Shown: in pieces, positions 38,050-52,556 of the stretch
Layout of the letters: every line of letters begins with the position of its first letter
Position numbering within the stretch: the stretch's first letter is position 1
DNA from: Laetmonice hystrix
Lineage: Eukaryota
Direction of reading: 5' to 3'
Assembly: GCA_965235115.1 (NCBI GenBank)
Contig: OZ249436.1
Coordinates: 42,906,001 to 42,970,000, forward strand
Length of the DNA: 64,000 bases
Translations under genes and position numbers: made by a program
The notes under the pieces: generated by a model
Told to the model about the DNA's origin: nothing
The model's input: the letters and a program-made list of their open reading frames with translations, nothing else
Databases searched by the model: none

Positions 38050-40454
38050 AATGTATACATACATACTGCACGGTCGGTCACCGGGACCGTCATCTTGTAG
38101 GACCGCTGTGTGAGCTAAGGTAGTGCAGAATCACATACATACATACTGCACGGTCGGTCACCGGGACCGTCATCTTGTAGGACCGCTGGGTGAGCTAAGG
38201 TAGTACAGAATCAATGTAGACATACATACTGCACGGTCGGTCACCGGGACCGTCATCTTGTAGGACCGCTGGGTGAGCTAAGGTAGTACAGAATAAATGT
38301 ATACATACATACTGCACGGTCGGTCACCGGGACCGTCATCTTGTAGGACCGCTGGGTGAGCTAAGGTAGTACAGAATCAATGTAGACATACATACTGCAC
38401 GGTCGGTCACCGGGACCGTCATCTTGTAGGACCGCTGGGTGAGCTAAGGTAGTGCAGAATCAATGTATACATACTGCACGGTCGGTCACCGGGACCGTCA
38501 TCTTGTAGGACCGCTGGGTGAGCTAAGGTAGTACAGAATCAATGTAGACATACATACTGCACGGTCGGTCACCGGGACCGTCATCTTGTAGGACCGCTGG
38601 GTGAGCTAAGGTAGTGCAGAATCAATGTATACATACTGCACGGTCGGTCACCGGGACCGTCATCTTGTAGGACCGCTGGGTGAGCTAAGGTAGTGCAGAA
38701 TCAATGTAGACATACATACTGCATTGTCGGTCACCGGGACCTTCATCTTGTAGGACCGCTGGGTGAGCTAAGGTAGTGCAGAATCAATATAGACATACAT
38801 ACTGCACGGTCGGTCACCGGGACCGTCATCTTGTAGGACCGCTGGGTGAGCTAAGGTAGTGCAGAATCAATGTAGACATACATACTGCACGGTCGGTCAC
38901 CGGGACCGTCATCTTGTAGGACCGCTGGGTGAGCTAAGGTAGTGCAGAATCAATATAGACATACATACTGTACGGTCGGTCACCGGGACCGTCATCTTGT
39001 AGGACCGCTGGGTGAGCTAAGGTAGTGCAGAATCAATGTAGACATACATACTGCACGGTCGGTCCCCGGGACCGTCATCTTGTAGGACCGCTGGGTGAGC
39101 TAAGGTAGTGCAGAATCAATGTAGACATACATACTGCACGGTCGGTCACCGGGACCGTCATCTTGTAGGACCGCTGGGTGAGCTAAGGTAGTACAGAATC
39201 AATGTATACATACATACTGCACGGTCGGTCACCGGGACCGTCATCTTGTAGGACCGCTGGGTGAGCTAAGGTAGTGCAGAATCTGCACGGTCGGTCACCG
39301 GGACCGTCATCTTGTAGGACCGCTGGGGGAGCTCGGGTAGTGCAGAATCAATGTAGACATACATACTGCACGGTCGGTCACCGGGACCGTCATCTTGTAG
39401 GACCGCTGGGTGAGCTAAGGTAGTGCAGAATCTGCACGGTCGGTCACCGGGACCGTCATCTTGTAGGACCGCTGGGGGAGCTAAGGTAGTGCAGAATCAC
39501 AAACATACATACATACTGCACGGTCGGTCACCGGGACCGTCATCTTGTAGGACCGCTGGGTGAGCTAAGGTAGTACAGAATCAATGTAGACATACATACT
39601 GCACGGTCGGTCACCGGGACCGTCATCTTGTAGGACCGCTGGGTGAGCTAAGGTAGTACAGAATCAATGTATACATACATACTGCACGGTCGGTCACCGG
39701 GACCGTCATCTTGTAGGACCGCTGGGTGAGCTAAGGTAGTGCAGAATCACATACATACATACTGCACCGTCGGTCACCGGGACCGTCATCTTGTAGGACC
39801 GCTGGGTGAGCTAAGGTATAGTACAGAATCAATGTAGACATACATACTGCACGGTCGGTCACCGGGACCGTCATCTTGTAGGACCGCTGGGTGAGCTAAG
39901 GTAGTGCAGAATCAATATAGACATACATACTGTACGGTCGGTCACCGGGACCGTCATCTTGTAGGACCGCTGGGTGAGCTAAGGTAGTGCAGAATCAAAG
40001 TATACATACATACTGCACGATCGGTCACCGGGACCGTCATCTTGTAGGACCGCTGGGTGAGCTAAGGTAGTGCAGAATCAATGTATACATACATACTGCA
40101 CGGTCGGTCACCGGGACCGTCATCTTGTAGGACCGCTGGGTGAGCTAAGGTAGTGCAGAATCAATGTATACATACATACTGCACGGTCGGTCACCGGGAC
40201 CGTCATCCTGTAGGACCGCTGGGTGAGCTAAGGTAGTACAGAATCAATGTAGACATACATACTGCACGGTCGGTCACCGGGACCGTCATCTTGTAGGACC
40301 GCTGGGTGAGCTAAGGTAGTACAGAATCAATGTAGACATACATACTGCACGGTCGGTCACCGGGACCTTCATCTTGTAGGACCGCTGGGTGAGCTAAGGT
40401 AGTGCAGAATCACATACATACATATTGCACGGTCGGTCGCCGGGACCGTCATCT
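38050..40454. repeat. 83-bp minisatellite, ~29 copies (largest array)
   Basis: Unit aatgtagacatacatactgcacggtcggtcaccgggaccgtcatcttgtaggaccgctgggtgagctaaggtagtgcagaatc. Confidence 0.97.
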
Positions 40455-41259
40455 TTTTACGTTTTTACCTTTTTACACCTTTTTACGTATAGGTTATACT
40501 AGTTTGGTCAGGGCTGTCAGTGAGTGGGGAGTCTAGGCTATACATGGGTCTGGTCCAGGCTTAGGTAATGCATGGTCCTGGTTCAGAGGCAAGGTATGGC
40601 CCTGGTTCAGGCTTAGGACGCCCACCTTCTCATGAAGGCTTAGGCTGGTTGAATAGAAGATTTCCGCATGGAAGATTGAGAAAAGGAAGAATATTGTTTG
40701 AAATGACGATGGTCAGGTGTTTACTAAAACATTTCACTGGGAGGTTTAAATTTTGACGTCAAGATGAAGTAGCTGTTTAATCAGCACCGCCACGTGTCAG
40801 TTTTTTCATGACACCTCATTCATTCGTTTTACCCAAACCACACGTGTCTTAGATCTTCAGTACCGGTGTAGGTGGTTGGAATTGTTCCCCCATGACTTGT
40901 ACTCCGTACTAACACCATCAATTAATGACGAGCCTCATTACTTCAGTCATGTTGGTCCTTCATAACTGTCACAGAAAGTAAGCAATGACCTCGTTACAGC
41001 CTGACTACACTGGGAATAGAAGGACATTGTGTCGGTGGAGGGAGGGGTCTCATACGTAATGGTAGTTGTGGTCACAATTCGCCCAGAATAACCCCTTCTA
41101 TACTGCCACCACCAGCGAGTTAGTCTTGTCTATATAGAAATTGGATGTCTGTCAGCTGTACACGTGTGCACGTCACAATCTAAGTATATGACGTCATTAT
41201 TACCGTGGTGACCAGCCGAGTCACTCTCCGGATGGGAGATTGCAGCCGAATCGCTGGCG

Positions 41260-42255
41260 GTCAGCCAATCGTTGTTCAGGGCCGTGTGGTAGGAACAGTC
41301 AGCCAATCGTTGTCCAGGGCCGTGTGGTGGGAACAGTCAGCCAATCGTTGTCCAGGGCCGTGTGGTGGGAACAGTCAGCCAATCGTTGTCCAGGGCCGTG
41401 TGGTGGGAACAGTCAGCCAATCAGGGCCGTGTGGTGGGAACAGTCAGCCAATCGTTGTTCAGGGCCGTGTGGTGGGAACAGTCAGCCAATCGTTGTTCAG
41501 GGCCGTGTGGTGGGAACAGTCAGCCAATCAGAGCCGTGTGGTGGGAACAGTCAGCCAATCGTTATTCAGGGCCGTGTGGTGGGGACACTCAGCCAATCAG
41601 GGCCGTGTGGTGGGAACAGTCAGCCAATCGTTGTTCAGGGCCGTGTGGTGGGGACACTCAGCCAATCAGGGCCGTGTGGTGGGAACAGTCAGCCAATCAG
41701 GGCCGTGTGGTGGGGACAGTCAGCCAATCAGGGCCGTGTGGTGGGAACAGTCAGCCAATCAGGGCCGTGTGGTGGGAACAGTCAGCCAAATAGGGCCGTG
41801 TGGTGGGGACAGTCAGCCAATCAGGGCCGTGTGGTGGGAACAGTCAGCCAATCAGGGCCGTGTGGTGGGAACAGTCAGCCAATCAGGGCCGTGTGGTGGG
41901 AACAGTCAGCCAATCAGGGCCGTGTTGGGGGGACAGTCAGCCAATCAGGGCCGTGTGGTGGGGACAGTCAGCCAATCAGGGCCGTGTGGTGGGAACAGTC
42001 AGCCAATCAGGGCCGTGTGGTGGGAACAGTCAGCCAATCAGGGCCGTGTTGGGGGGACAGTCAGCCAATCGTTGTTCAGGGCCGTGTGGTGGGAACAGTC
42101 AGCCAATCAGGGCCGTGTGGTGTGAACAGTCAGCCAATCGTTGTTCAGGGCCGTGTGGTGGGAACAGTCAGCCAATCAGGGCCGTGTGGTGGGGACAGTC
42201 AGCCAATCGTTGTTCAGGGCCGTGTGGTGGGAACAGTCAGCCAATCAGAGCCGTG
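41260..42255. repeat. 31/38-bp two-variant minisatellite
   Basis: gtcagccaatc(gttgttc)agggccgtgtggtgggaaca. Confidence 0.95.
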
Positions 42256-43799
42256 ATAACAAAGCCTGGTGTTATCGTATCACCGTCTGCCTCAGATAGC
42301 GCCTTAGGAATCTCCTGTCGGAACTTCTCTCCATGGTGAGCGGCTGAAGGCAAAAGGCATCGAGGAACTTTTGACATTTGGTCAACACAATAATGAGGGG
42401 AGTGCGTGTTCTTCCTGTCACGTGGTCTTATTTTAATCAGATTTTTTTTCCAATTCAGATACCGCCAGTTCTGCTTGGGCCATTTCAGACTGGCATTTCC
42501 AGAGGGTGAATATTTTCTTAACATATAAAAAGGCACAGTGGAAAGTCTGGCGTTTGATTTGGCCGTTGCTGCACCACGATGTTCTTTTGTCAGCCATACT
42601 TGGTCATAAAAGGTATTGAAACGAGTCTTTAGTGATTGGAGTTGTAGAAAAGCCCTCACTATCAACCAGTTAAGTGTGAAGAAAGTTGGAGTCAGAAAGG
42701 TCAGTGGGCACACAGCACAGTCTGGGCTGCTAGCTCCATATTATTGGAGTCGGCCAAAGGCCTGAATGCTTTAATTTGCGGAGTGCTTCCTCAACCACGC
42801 TACGACCCGCCATGAACATAGAACGAACCTTCCTACAATGTCGCCGCGTCCACCTCAGTACCATGGCAACCAGAACCAGCGGTATATGCTTTCTATACCC
42901 CGTACAGTGAAGGTCACCCTGTCTATGGCAGGATCCAGAGCCAGCCCCAACTTCAGCCAGCAATGATCCCACGCTCGTAATGACAACGCTTTCCTTGGAT
43001 CACTTTGACTTTGTGGAGCGACGGTGGTAAAAACTCTGTGATGAGATTACGTTGTGGCATCCATTGCAGCACTCATCGCCCCCCCCCCCCCCGCCCCGCC
43101 TGAAGCACTTATTACGGTTCTAGATTACGAACGCTCACTAACTGATTCGTTCACGGCCCAGCCAGACTCCGATCCTTCCCGCTGTGGAAGGGGCTGTAGC
43201 CCGTACCCCCCTCCCCACCACCCTCCGGGTAACGGTTTATAAACTCCCATCACAGGGAGCGTTCGAGGTATAAAGAGCTTTTCGCGGAGGATCTCATATA
43301 ATTACGCAAGTCAAAAAGAAAGCGTCAATTTGGCCTTCCATAAGACCCACGGGTTGTATATTTGGAGATCACGGGTGTGTGCGTGTCTCAGTCTGGTACC
43401 ACCAGAGGGCGCTGGCCTCGGCCTCAATAACAGAATTTGTCCCGTTTAACGTGTTCTGTCCATTCCCACCTTGGAGCAGACATCTTCGTTCAGATTGATT
43501 TCCAACCTTCGGCTTGCTGATTGCATCGCCTTTCATTGGGAAAACTTGTAGTATTTATCTTCTACGTTCATTTGATGTCACTGATAGGTGACTCGCTGAG
43601 ATCTCTCTCGGCCTTTGCCTGAACGGATGAGGCCAGGAAGTCAACTTGAAGTTGCTCCAGTAGGAGTTGGCTTTTAATTAACCAGTTTTTAGCTCGGATT
43701 GAAATGGAGCTATGGGAATAGGGAACTCGTGCATTAACAGCTGGCCCTAATAAACCCTGCGAGAATTCGGGGGCTGTCGTTACTACCCTTCCGCTGCGA

Positions 43800-44287
43800 G
43801 ATATGTTTGATATCACAGGTATTTGATGACTCGGGTATTTGATATCACAGATATTTGGTATCATAGGTATTTAATATCGTAGGTATTTGATATTGCAGGT
43901 ATATTTAATATAGCAGGTATTTGATATCGTAGGTATTTGATATTGCAGGTATATTTGATATAGCAGGTATTTGATATAGCAGGTATTTGATATTGTAGAT
44001 ATATTTGATATTGCAGGTATTTGATATAGCAGGTATTTGATATTGTAGATATATTTGATATTGCAGGTATTTGATATCGTAGGTATTTGATATTGCAGGT
44101 ATTTGATATAGCAGGTATTTGATATTGTAGATATATTTGATATTGCAGGTATTTGATATCGTAGGTATTTGATATTGCAGGTATTTGATATAGCAGGTAT
44201 TTGATATTGCAGGTATATTTGATATTGCAGGTATTTGATATCGTAGGTATTTGATATTGCAGGTATTTGATACCTATATTTGATATC
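43800..44287. repeat. 15-19-bp AT-rich tandem repeat
   Basis: gcaggtatttgatat(t/a/cgt) variants. Confidence 0.92.
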
Positions 44288-45986
44288 TCGGCTGTCTCCA
44301 TTTCCATCCCAGTTGAATAATCTGTGACATGAGCTCAGAGTTTCGTGGATTACCCGGGTCTGTTTGAACCCGCCATTGACCAGAACGCCATGTTGAGGAG
44401 AAAGTCGTCTGTTGCCACCCTGGAGGTGGTCTCCTCCAGACAACCCTGAAGGTAGTTTCTCCAGACAGCCAGACTGACATGTTGAGACGCTGACTTCACC
44501 CTCCAGCTGTGAGATTCACATCATCCACACAACATTCACCTCCTCATCCAGTGTTTATAACCGACGACGTCAGGAGGTTAGCCAATTCATGACGCCAGCG
44601 CTGGCCCTTTCACGTCTGTCAGAGACGAAAAACTTTGCTTGAACTATGACTTTTTGTTACCATGGCATTTTATCTGCCTTCTAGGGATCATTATATATGG
44701 ATATGTCAGCAGGTTAGTGTCATACAGAGAGGATAGATGAGATACTACAAGAGATTGTGTCTGCTTAATCTGATCTATTAGCAAGTAGAAATCAAAAAAG
44801 AAACCAGGTATATTCGAGCATTTGTCAGATGTGAAAAATACACGGACGGAAATGTTTGTTAAAACCATAGAACTGTACTCCCAGTACAGTTCTATGTTAA
44901 AACTGACCTTACGTTGTCTGAGCATAGACAGTCAGCAGGCAATGATGGGGAGTTCGTATAACGTGCACATTTAAGTCAAGAGGACACTCGTATTTGAATA
45001 GAAGTTGGCCATATGGAAGTGACTTCATTGCTATCTGTCTTGTCAGAGATTGACCCGTTCGGTCGCTCACAACGTGACATTACTCTGTCGTATCAAAGAT
45101 TGAACCATGTTGTCCGTCACAATGCGACCTTACTATTGTGTCGTGTCAAAGATTGAACCATGTTGTTCGTCACAATGCGACCTTACTATTGTAAATGTCG
45201 TGTCAAAGATTAAGCATGTGCGATACGTCACAAAGTGACGTCTCGCGTCTCATTCGTCACGTCGTTATCTCCACTTCCGGTAGGAGCGTGTTCCGGTCCG
45301 GGCGGTTGTCATGGCGATCATTATCATGACGACTATTGTTTTGGGTCCAGCCGCGGCTGACTACCACTGGATGTCAGACAGCTCCCCCCCCCCCACCACC
45401 ACCACCACCAGCCGACCAGACAGACCGACCAACAATAAAAGCAGACAACCAATGATGTATGTACGTATATATACACACGCCCACCAAAATGTATAAAGAG
45501 ATTACATTAACATTTGGTTGAGACGGGATCTATCCCATTCTAGCCTCCCTCGAGTCGTATAGCCAGAGTTTACAGGTTTTTAGCTAAATGTCTGAAGTGA
45601 TATATGTTACTTTGATTACCGGTGCGCCGACCGTAATCTTATCAACTCAATGCTCGATTCTAGTGTTTTACAATCAGCGGATTAGATTCCAGCTCCGCCC
45701 ATTTTTGTTTCTTTCTTTTTCTCTCTCTCTGCATGAGAAGTACATCTACAGATGCGTTACAAGCAAACGCCATCGATTACAAATGTATGTGGAGTACGAT
45801 GGTGTATAATCGTATGTCTGGTTTGTACAATTGGTTGTGTCTGGATGGTCCATCCAACATTTGAATGGACATTACTAAATGTTGATGGGTTTTTCATTTC
45901 AGTGGATTGAAAGCCATCGTGTTGTCCATTAATATGATTTATTGTCCGCCAAACGTTGTTGAGTGTGACGAGCAGGCCATGCTCGG

Positions 45987-46790
45987 TCTAACTCTAAGTG
46001 CCTGTCTACAGGCAGTACGTACAGTCAACCTGTTATTGCTAACTCTAAGTGCCTGTCTACAGGCAGTACGTACAGTCAACCTGTTATTGCTAACTCTAAG
46101 TGCCTGATGTCTACAGGCAGTACGTACAGTCAACCTGTTATTGCTAACTCTAAGTGCCTGTCTACAGGCAGTACGTACAGCCAACCTGTTATTCTAACTC
46201 TAAGTGCCTGTCTACAGACAGTACGTACAGCCAACCTGTTATTGCTAACTCTAAGTGCCTGCTGTCTACAGGCAGTACGTACAGCCAACCTGTTATTGCT
46301 AACTCTAAGTGCCTGTCTACAGGCAGTACGTACAGTCAACCTGTTATTCCTAACTCTAAGTGCCTGTCTACAGGCAAAACGTACAGTTAACCTGTTATTG
46401 CTAACTCTAAGTGCCTGTCTACAGGCAGTACGCACAGTCAACCTGTTATTGCTAACTCTAAGTGCCTGTCTACAGGCAGTACGTACAGCCAACCTGTTAT
46501 TGCTAACTCTAATTGCCTGATGTCTACAGGCAGTACGTACAGTCAACCTTTTATTGCTAACTCTAAGTGCCTGTCTACAGGCAGTACGTACAGCCAACCT
46601 GTTATTCCTAACTCTAAGTGCCTGTCTACAGGCAGTACGTACAGCCAACCTGTTATTGCTAACTCTAAGTGCCTGTCTACAGGCAGCACGTACAGCCAAC
46701 CTGTTATTCCTAACTCTAAGTGCCTGTCTACAGGCAGTACGCACAACCAACCTGTTATTCCTAACTCTAAGTGCCTGTCTACAGGCAGTA
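45987..46790. repeat. 51-bp minisatellite, ~15 copies
   Basis: ctaactctaagtgcctgtctacaggcagtacgtacagccaacctgttattg. Confidence 0.95.
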
Positions 46791-48169
46791 GGCAGTAACT
46801 GCAGACAGCTGTGTCAGGCAGTCCCTAAGGCCGTCCCAAATTCTCTTCTGCGGGAACTTTAAAATTTTTTTTATTTGTGTGACTGTCTCTACTCTGTCTG
46901 TTAGCTTACTCTAAATTTACCCCTACACCACCCACTCTCTCTTGACGTAACGGTACTAGAGATGTGTCAGCAAGGGAATCTGATTCGTAAAACGCTGGCC
47001 CAAATACGAGGGCAATGTGCCGTTATATATTGGCAGCCAAATTGGCAACAAAAATACGAGAAGACAATGTTATATGTTAATGATGTTGGGCTGCCCCTAG
47101 TGGAGAGGGGAGGAACTATCCTTTGATTAAGTGCAGTGTAAGAACTTCATGTTTATCTCATATTAATCTGGTCGAATGTGGACGTCTGATAACTACAATG
47201 TGAATCCCCATGCAGCTCTTCTGTGACTTGAATACTTCTACTTAAAGATATTGGGAGGATCTTTTTGTCAATGGGTTGGTGTGAATCGATGTTAGTAATC
47301 CATAGAAACTCGTGTAGAATGATAAATAAGTGCCAGCAGGGAGTTGCTGAGTCTGTGCAGTACGTGCCTCGTGTTATGATGAGGTTTGAGTACAGAACCA
47401 TTGCTAACTCTGCCGTTAGGTCCCTGCTATAGCTCAACAAATGGTCCCTGACACAGTAATCATAGCCTTTACATAGACAAATCAATCAGGTCTGGGGTTT
47501 CTTTTTCATCACAGCAACTTGATGAGCATTAATTAATTGCATGCTCAAATGGCCTAGTAATGGCCTGGTACTTTTGGCCAGTTTCTGGCTGAGGTTTAAT
47601 CTGGCTGATCGAGCCATCCGTTGCATGTATCGACATGAATGGCGGCCATTATCAGACTAATCCATCTTCTTTTCATCAATACAAAGCATTCCGTCTCATC
47701 CAGATAACAGCCTTTTTCTTCCTCTGTCCACGAACACAGTCCTCTGTGAGGGCTAACAGCTCCCAGTTTTAAGATCTTTTCATCTAATTTGTGCATTCTT
47801 CTTATCAATGGAGCACTTATAACGGGAGAAATAGTGCGCGTTATGGCGGATGGATCCATAGAGCACGGAGTGATACGGTTAATGGACTGAAAAATGGAAG
47901 TCTACGTATTTAACATTTCCCGGGGTGGTGGTGGGGGGGGGGGGGGGGGCTTAGGGGGTATCCAGGAATTGGTGAATGCTTCTGAACTGATGCCACAAAC
48001 GACTGCATTATTCCTATTGGTGGTATTATAGTTTGACAGTGGCCTTGGTGAAGAGATGGTTGAGATTATAAACAAATTATTAAGAATAAGACGGGGGATC
48101 TGTTGTTATCAGATGTTTCTGTCCCCGTGAAGAAGAAAAACTTTCCGTTTCGATTGTGGGATCTACTGA

Positions 48170-48465
48170 ACCGATCTGGCTGTGACCTGCAGGACCGACC
48201 TGACTGTGGCCTGCAGGACCGACCTGACTGTGGCCTGCAGGACCGACCTGACTGTGGCCTGCAGGACCGACCTGACTGTGGCCTGCAGGACCGACCTGAC
48301 TGTGGCCTGCAGGACCGACCTGACTGTGGCCTGCAGGACCGACCTGACCGTGGCCTGCAATGCCGACCTGGCTGTGACCTGCAGGACCGACCTGACCGTG
48401 GCCTGCAATGCCGACCTGACTGTGGCCTGCAGGACCGACCTGACTGTGTCCTGCAATGCCGACTT
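48170..48465. repeat. 24-bp minisatellite, ~12 copies
   Basis: ctgcaggaccgacctgactgtggc. Confidence 0.94.
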
Positions 48466-49011
48466 AGTTGAGACCTGCAGGGCTGATTGTCAAGGTGAAA
48501 CGATAGATGGTGTATAGTTTGTGAGAGTTTTGATTTAAGTCACAGAGGGTATAATCGATTACATAACCCACACAATATCCCCTGGCGGAGTGGAGAGGAA
48601 CCTAAAGTATACCGGAGGGACCTCTACAGTCGAGTGCAGTAACTAAAATATCACATGCACCCAACCGATCTTCATCCGACAATATTGAAATAGTTTGATA
48701 TGGTCGGTTATGATCGGATCAGGAATAGAATCTCACACAACAAACCATTCAGCACCCGACTGAAACATCCACCTTCATTGGACCAAAGTCGTACAAAATG
48801 TTTCTTTGAATTTTCGTCACGGGAAACCACTGAAAGAAATGCCTATTTTCACAGCCATCCTTGCGCATGCTCACTGTTCAAAGCCTCGTACTGGAAACAA
48901 GTTAATTAAAGACCACATCAAAGGGACAAGGATCGAATGTTTGCTTGGTGAAAGGACAACACCAATGTGCGCATAACCTCGAAACATTATCTGAGCTCGA
49001 CAAAGATGACC

Positions 49012-50440
49012 ATCAACTAAAGTCTTCTAAAATATGGCAATACTGCCATGTTGTCAACTAAGGTCTTCTAAAATATGGCAATACTGCCATGTTGTCAACT
49101 AAAGTCTTCTAAAATATGGCAATACTGCCAGGTTGTCAACTAAAGTCTTCTAAAATATGGCAATACTGCCATGTTGTCAACTAAAGTCTTCTGAAATGTG
49201 GCAATACTGCCATGTTGCCAACTAAAGTCTTCTGAAATGTGGCAATACTGCCATGTTGTGAACTAACTTCTGAAATGTGGCAATACTCCCATGTTGTGAA
49301 CTAACTTCTGAAATGTGGCAATACTCCCATGTCGTGAACTAACTCTTCTGAAATGTGGCAATGCTCACATGTTGTGAACTAACTTGCCTGAAATGTGGCA
49401 ATACTGCCATGTTGTGAACTAACTCTTCTGAAATGTGGCAATACTCCCATGTTGTGAACTAACTCTTCTGAAATGTGGCAATACTCCCATGTTGTGAACT
49501 AACTCTTCTGAAATGTGGCAATACTCCCATGTTGTGAACTAACTCTTCTGAAATGTGGCAATACTCCCATGTTGTGAACTAACTCGTCTGAAATGTGGCA
49601 ATACTCCCATGTTGTGAACTAACTTCTAAAATATGGCAACGTTCCCATGTTGTGAACTAACTCTTCTGAAATGTAGCAATACTCCCATGTTGTGAACTAA
49701 CTCTTCTGAAATGTGGCAATACTCCCATGTTGTGAACTAACTCTTCTGAAATGTGGCAATACTCCCATGTTGTGAACTAACTCTTCTGAAATGTGGCAAT
49801 ACTCCCATGTTGTGAACTAACTCTTCTGAAATGTGGCAATACTCCCATGTTGTGAACTAACTCTTCTGAAATGTGGCAATACTCCCATGTTGTGAACTAA
49901 CTCGTCTGAAATGTGGCAATACTCCCATGTTGTGAACTAACTTCTGAAATGTGGCAATACTCCCATGTTGTGAACTAACTTCTGAAATGTGGCAATACTC
50001 CCATGTTGTGAACTAACTTCTGAAATGTGGCAATACTCCCATGTTGTGAACTAACTTCTGAAATGTGGCAATACTCCCATGTTGTGAACTAACCCGTCTG
50101 AAATGTGGCAATACTCCCATGTTGTGAACTAACTTCTGAAATGTGGCAATACTCCCATGTTGTGAACTAACTCTTCTGAAATGTGGCAATACTCCCATGT
50201 TGTGAACTAACTTCTGAAATGTGGCAATACTCCCATGTGGTGAACTAACTCTTCTGAAATGTGGCAATGCTCCCATGCTGTGAACTAACTCTTCGGAAAT
50301 GTGGCAATGCTCCCATGTTGTAAACTAACTTCTGAAATGTGGCAATACTCCCATGTTGTGAACTAACTTCTGAAATGTGGCAATACTCCCATGTTGTGAA
50401 CTAACTTCTGAAATGTGGCAATGCTCACATGTTGTGAACT
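49012..50440. repeat. 38-41-bp minisatellite with polar sequence gradient
   Basis: aactaaagtcttctaaaatatggcaatactgccatgttgtc on the left, changing to aactaactcttctgaaatgtggcaatactcccatgttgtg. Confidence 0.95.
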
Positions 50441-51009
50441 TAAAACTAAAGCAGTTTTAGTGTCTTCCAGAGATGTGTGAAATGCGTCTGTTGGTTAAGA
50501 GCATTAGAGCTGTACCCTATCGTCTTGCTGCCGCGTCTCTCTCAGATCCCGAAGCGACGCAAGTTATCACGTGATTACGATCTGCACTTCAAATGTGGGC
50601 CGCACTCGAACCACAAACTAGAAACCGCTTTGAAACCATTTATACGATCACTAGACGTCTTCCTTTCATATCTGAGTGCTTTCAAGGCCGCCCATAGGAT
50701 CAATAAAACAGCTCCGAGTCCGTGATATTTTGTCTCTTTTAAATTCGACCCTAAAACCTTGAGAGCAGACTGAGGAAGTCGGGATGATGTGCTGTGTTTT
50801 AGCGGTGCGTGTAGATGTCTGGCCGGGGCCCATCTCAAAGGTGACGATTCACCAGGAAGGGGTGGGCGTGGGGGTGGGGGTGGGGGTGGGGGTGGGGGTG
50901 GGGGTGGGGCTCCATGGAGACTGGTGAATGCCCTCCCAGTCCCCAGCACTGACACGGCCAGGGTGGCTCGGACAGCATGACGAAACACAAACATATTCTC
51001 CAGCGTTAA

Positions 51010-51590
51010 TGGAATATTGGTTTTAAATTGATAGGGGATTCTCCCGCGGGAATATTGGTTTAAAAGTTGATAGGGGATTCTCCCGCGGGAATATTGGTTT
51101 AAAGGTTGATAGGGGATTCTCCCGCGGGAATATTGGTTTAAAGGTTGATAGGGGATTCTCCCGCGGGAATATTGGTTTAAAGGTTGATAGGGGATTCTCC
51201 CGCCTGAATATTGGTTTAAAAATTGATAGGGGATTCTCCCGTGTCAATGGAATATTGGTTTTAAATTGATAGGGGATTCTCCCGTGTCAATGGAATATTG
51301 GTTTTAAATTGATAGGGGATTCTCCCGCGGGAATATTGGTTTAAAAATTGATAGGGGATTCTCCCGCGGGAATATTGGTTTAAAAGTTGATAGGGGATTC
51401 TCCCGCGGGAATATTGGTTTAAAATTGATAGGGGATTCTCCCGCGGGAATATTGGTTTAAAAGTTGATAGGGGATTCTCCCGCATCAATAGAATATTGGT
51501 TTAAAAATTGATAGGGGATTCTCCCGCGGGAATATTGGTTTAAAAGTTGATAGGGGATTCTCCCGCGTCAGTGGAATATTGGTTTAAAAA
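51010..51590. repeat. 39-bp minisatellite
   Basis: ggaatattggtttaaaagttgataggggattctcccgcg. Confidence 0.94.
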
Positions 51591-51825
51591 CAACCGGTGA
51601 GCTGTAGGTGTAGATTGAACATGAAGCAGAATTGACCCAGCAATCCTAAAGTTCTAGTCCTGTTCTATGGCCCTATGCCCCTGTTCTATGGCTCTATGCC
51701 CCTGTTCTATGGCCCTATGCCCCTGTTCTATGCTTTATGGCCCTGTTTCTCAAGAACTCAATCGTTATGTGACTTTAGAAACGTGACTTATGTTCTCCCA
51801 TAGACTGCCCGTTGTCGACCGTGTA

Positions 51826-52245
51826 TTGCCGGCGGGTCCGTCCCTCAGGGCCGGGGGTTGGGGAGGGGGCTGTAGGGCCGACGGGGGCCGTCCCTCAGGG
51901 CCGGGGGTTGGGGAGGGGGCTGTAGGGCCGACGGGGGCCGTCCCTCAGGGCCGGGGGTTGGGGAGGGGGCTGTAGGGCCGGAGGGGGCCGTCCCTCAGGG
52001 CCGGGGTGGGGGGAGGGGGCTGTCGGGCCGGCGGGGTCCGTCCCTCAGGGCCGGGGGTTGGGGAGGGGGCTGTAGGGCCGGAGGGGTCCGTCCCTCAGAG
52101 CCGGGGGTCGGGGAGGGGGCTGTAGGGCCGGCGGGTCCGTCCCTCAGGGCCGGGGGTTGGGGAGGGGGCTGTAGGGCCGGCGGGTCCGTCCCTCAGGGCC
52201 GGGGTGGGGGGAGGGGGCTGTAGGGCCGGCGGGGTCCGTCCCTCG
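51826..52245. repeat. 49-50-bp G-rich minisatellite, ~8 copies (G-quadruplex-prone)
   Basis: tccctcagggccgggggttgggagggggctgtagggccgacgggggccg; at least 4 G3+ runs per unit. Confidence 0.93.
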
Positions 52246-52556
52246 GGAAGTTAGGGGGTGTGAGCCATTAGAAGTCCCATCCCGGGGGTCTCCGATATCG
52301 AGTATACATGTACCCCACTCCCCTTCCAGACTGGTCCCCGGTCCCTGCCACATACGTCCCGCCTGACGGTCCGCCACAACTCCTGTCGACATCACTGACA
52401 GGAGTCTGCACGGGGGTAGCAAGGATTCGCTCTCTGTACACAGCGGGTGGGGGAGGGGGGTGGGGTGGGGGGTGGGGGGGTCAGGGTAGAAAGAACAACA
52501 AGCGGGGGAGATTCCATGATGATTTGTCCATGGGAAATGGTCGCTGATAGACTTGG

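Noticed and set aside
43568..43709. Minus-strand candidate exon after ttccctattcccatag (SISIRAKNWLIKSQLLLEQ...)
   Set aside because: No recognisable homology or partner exons; cannot be supported.
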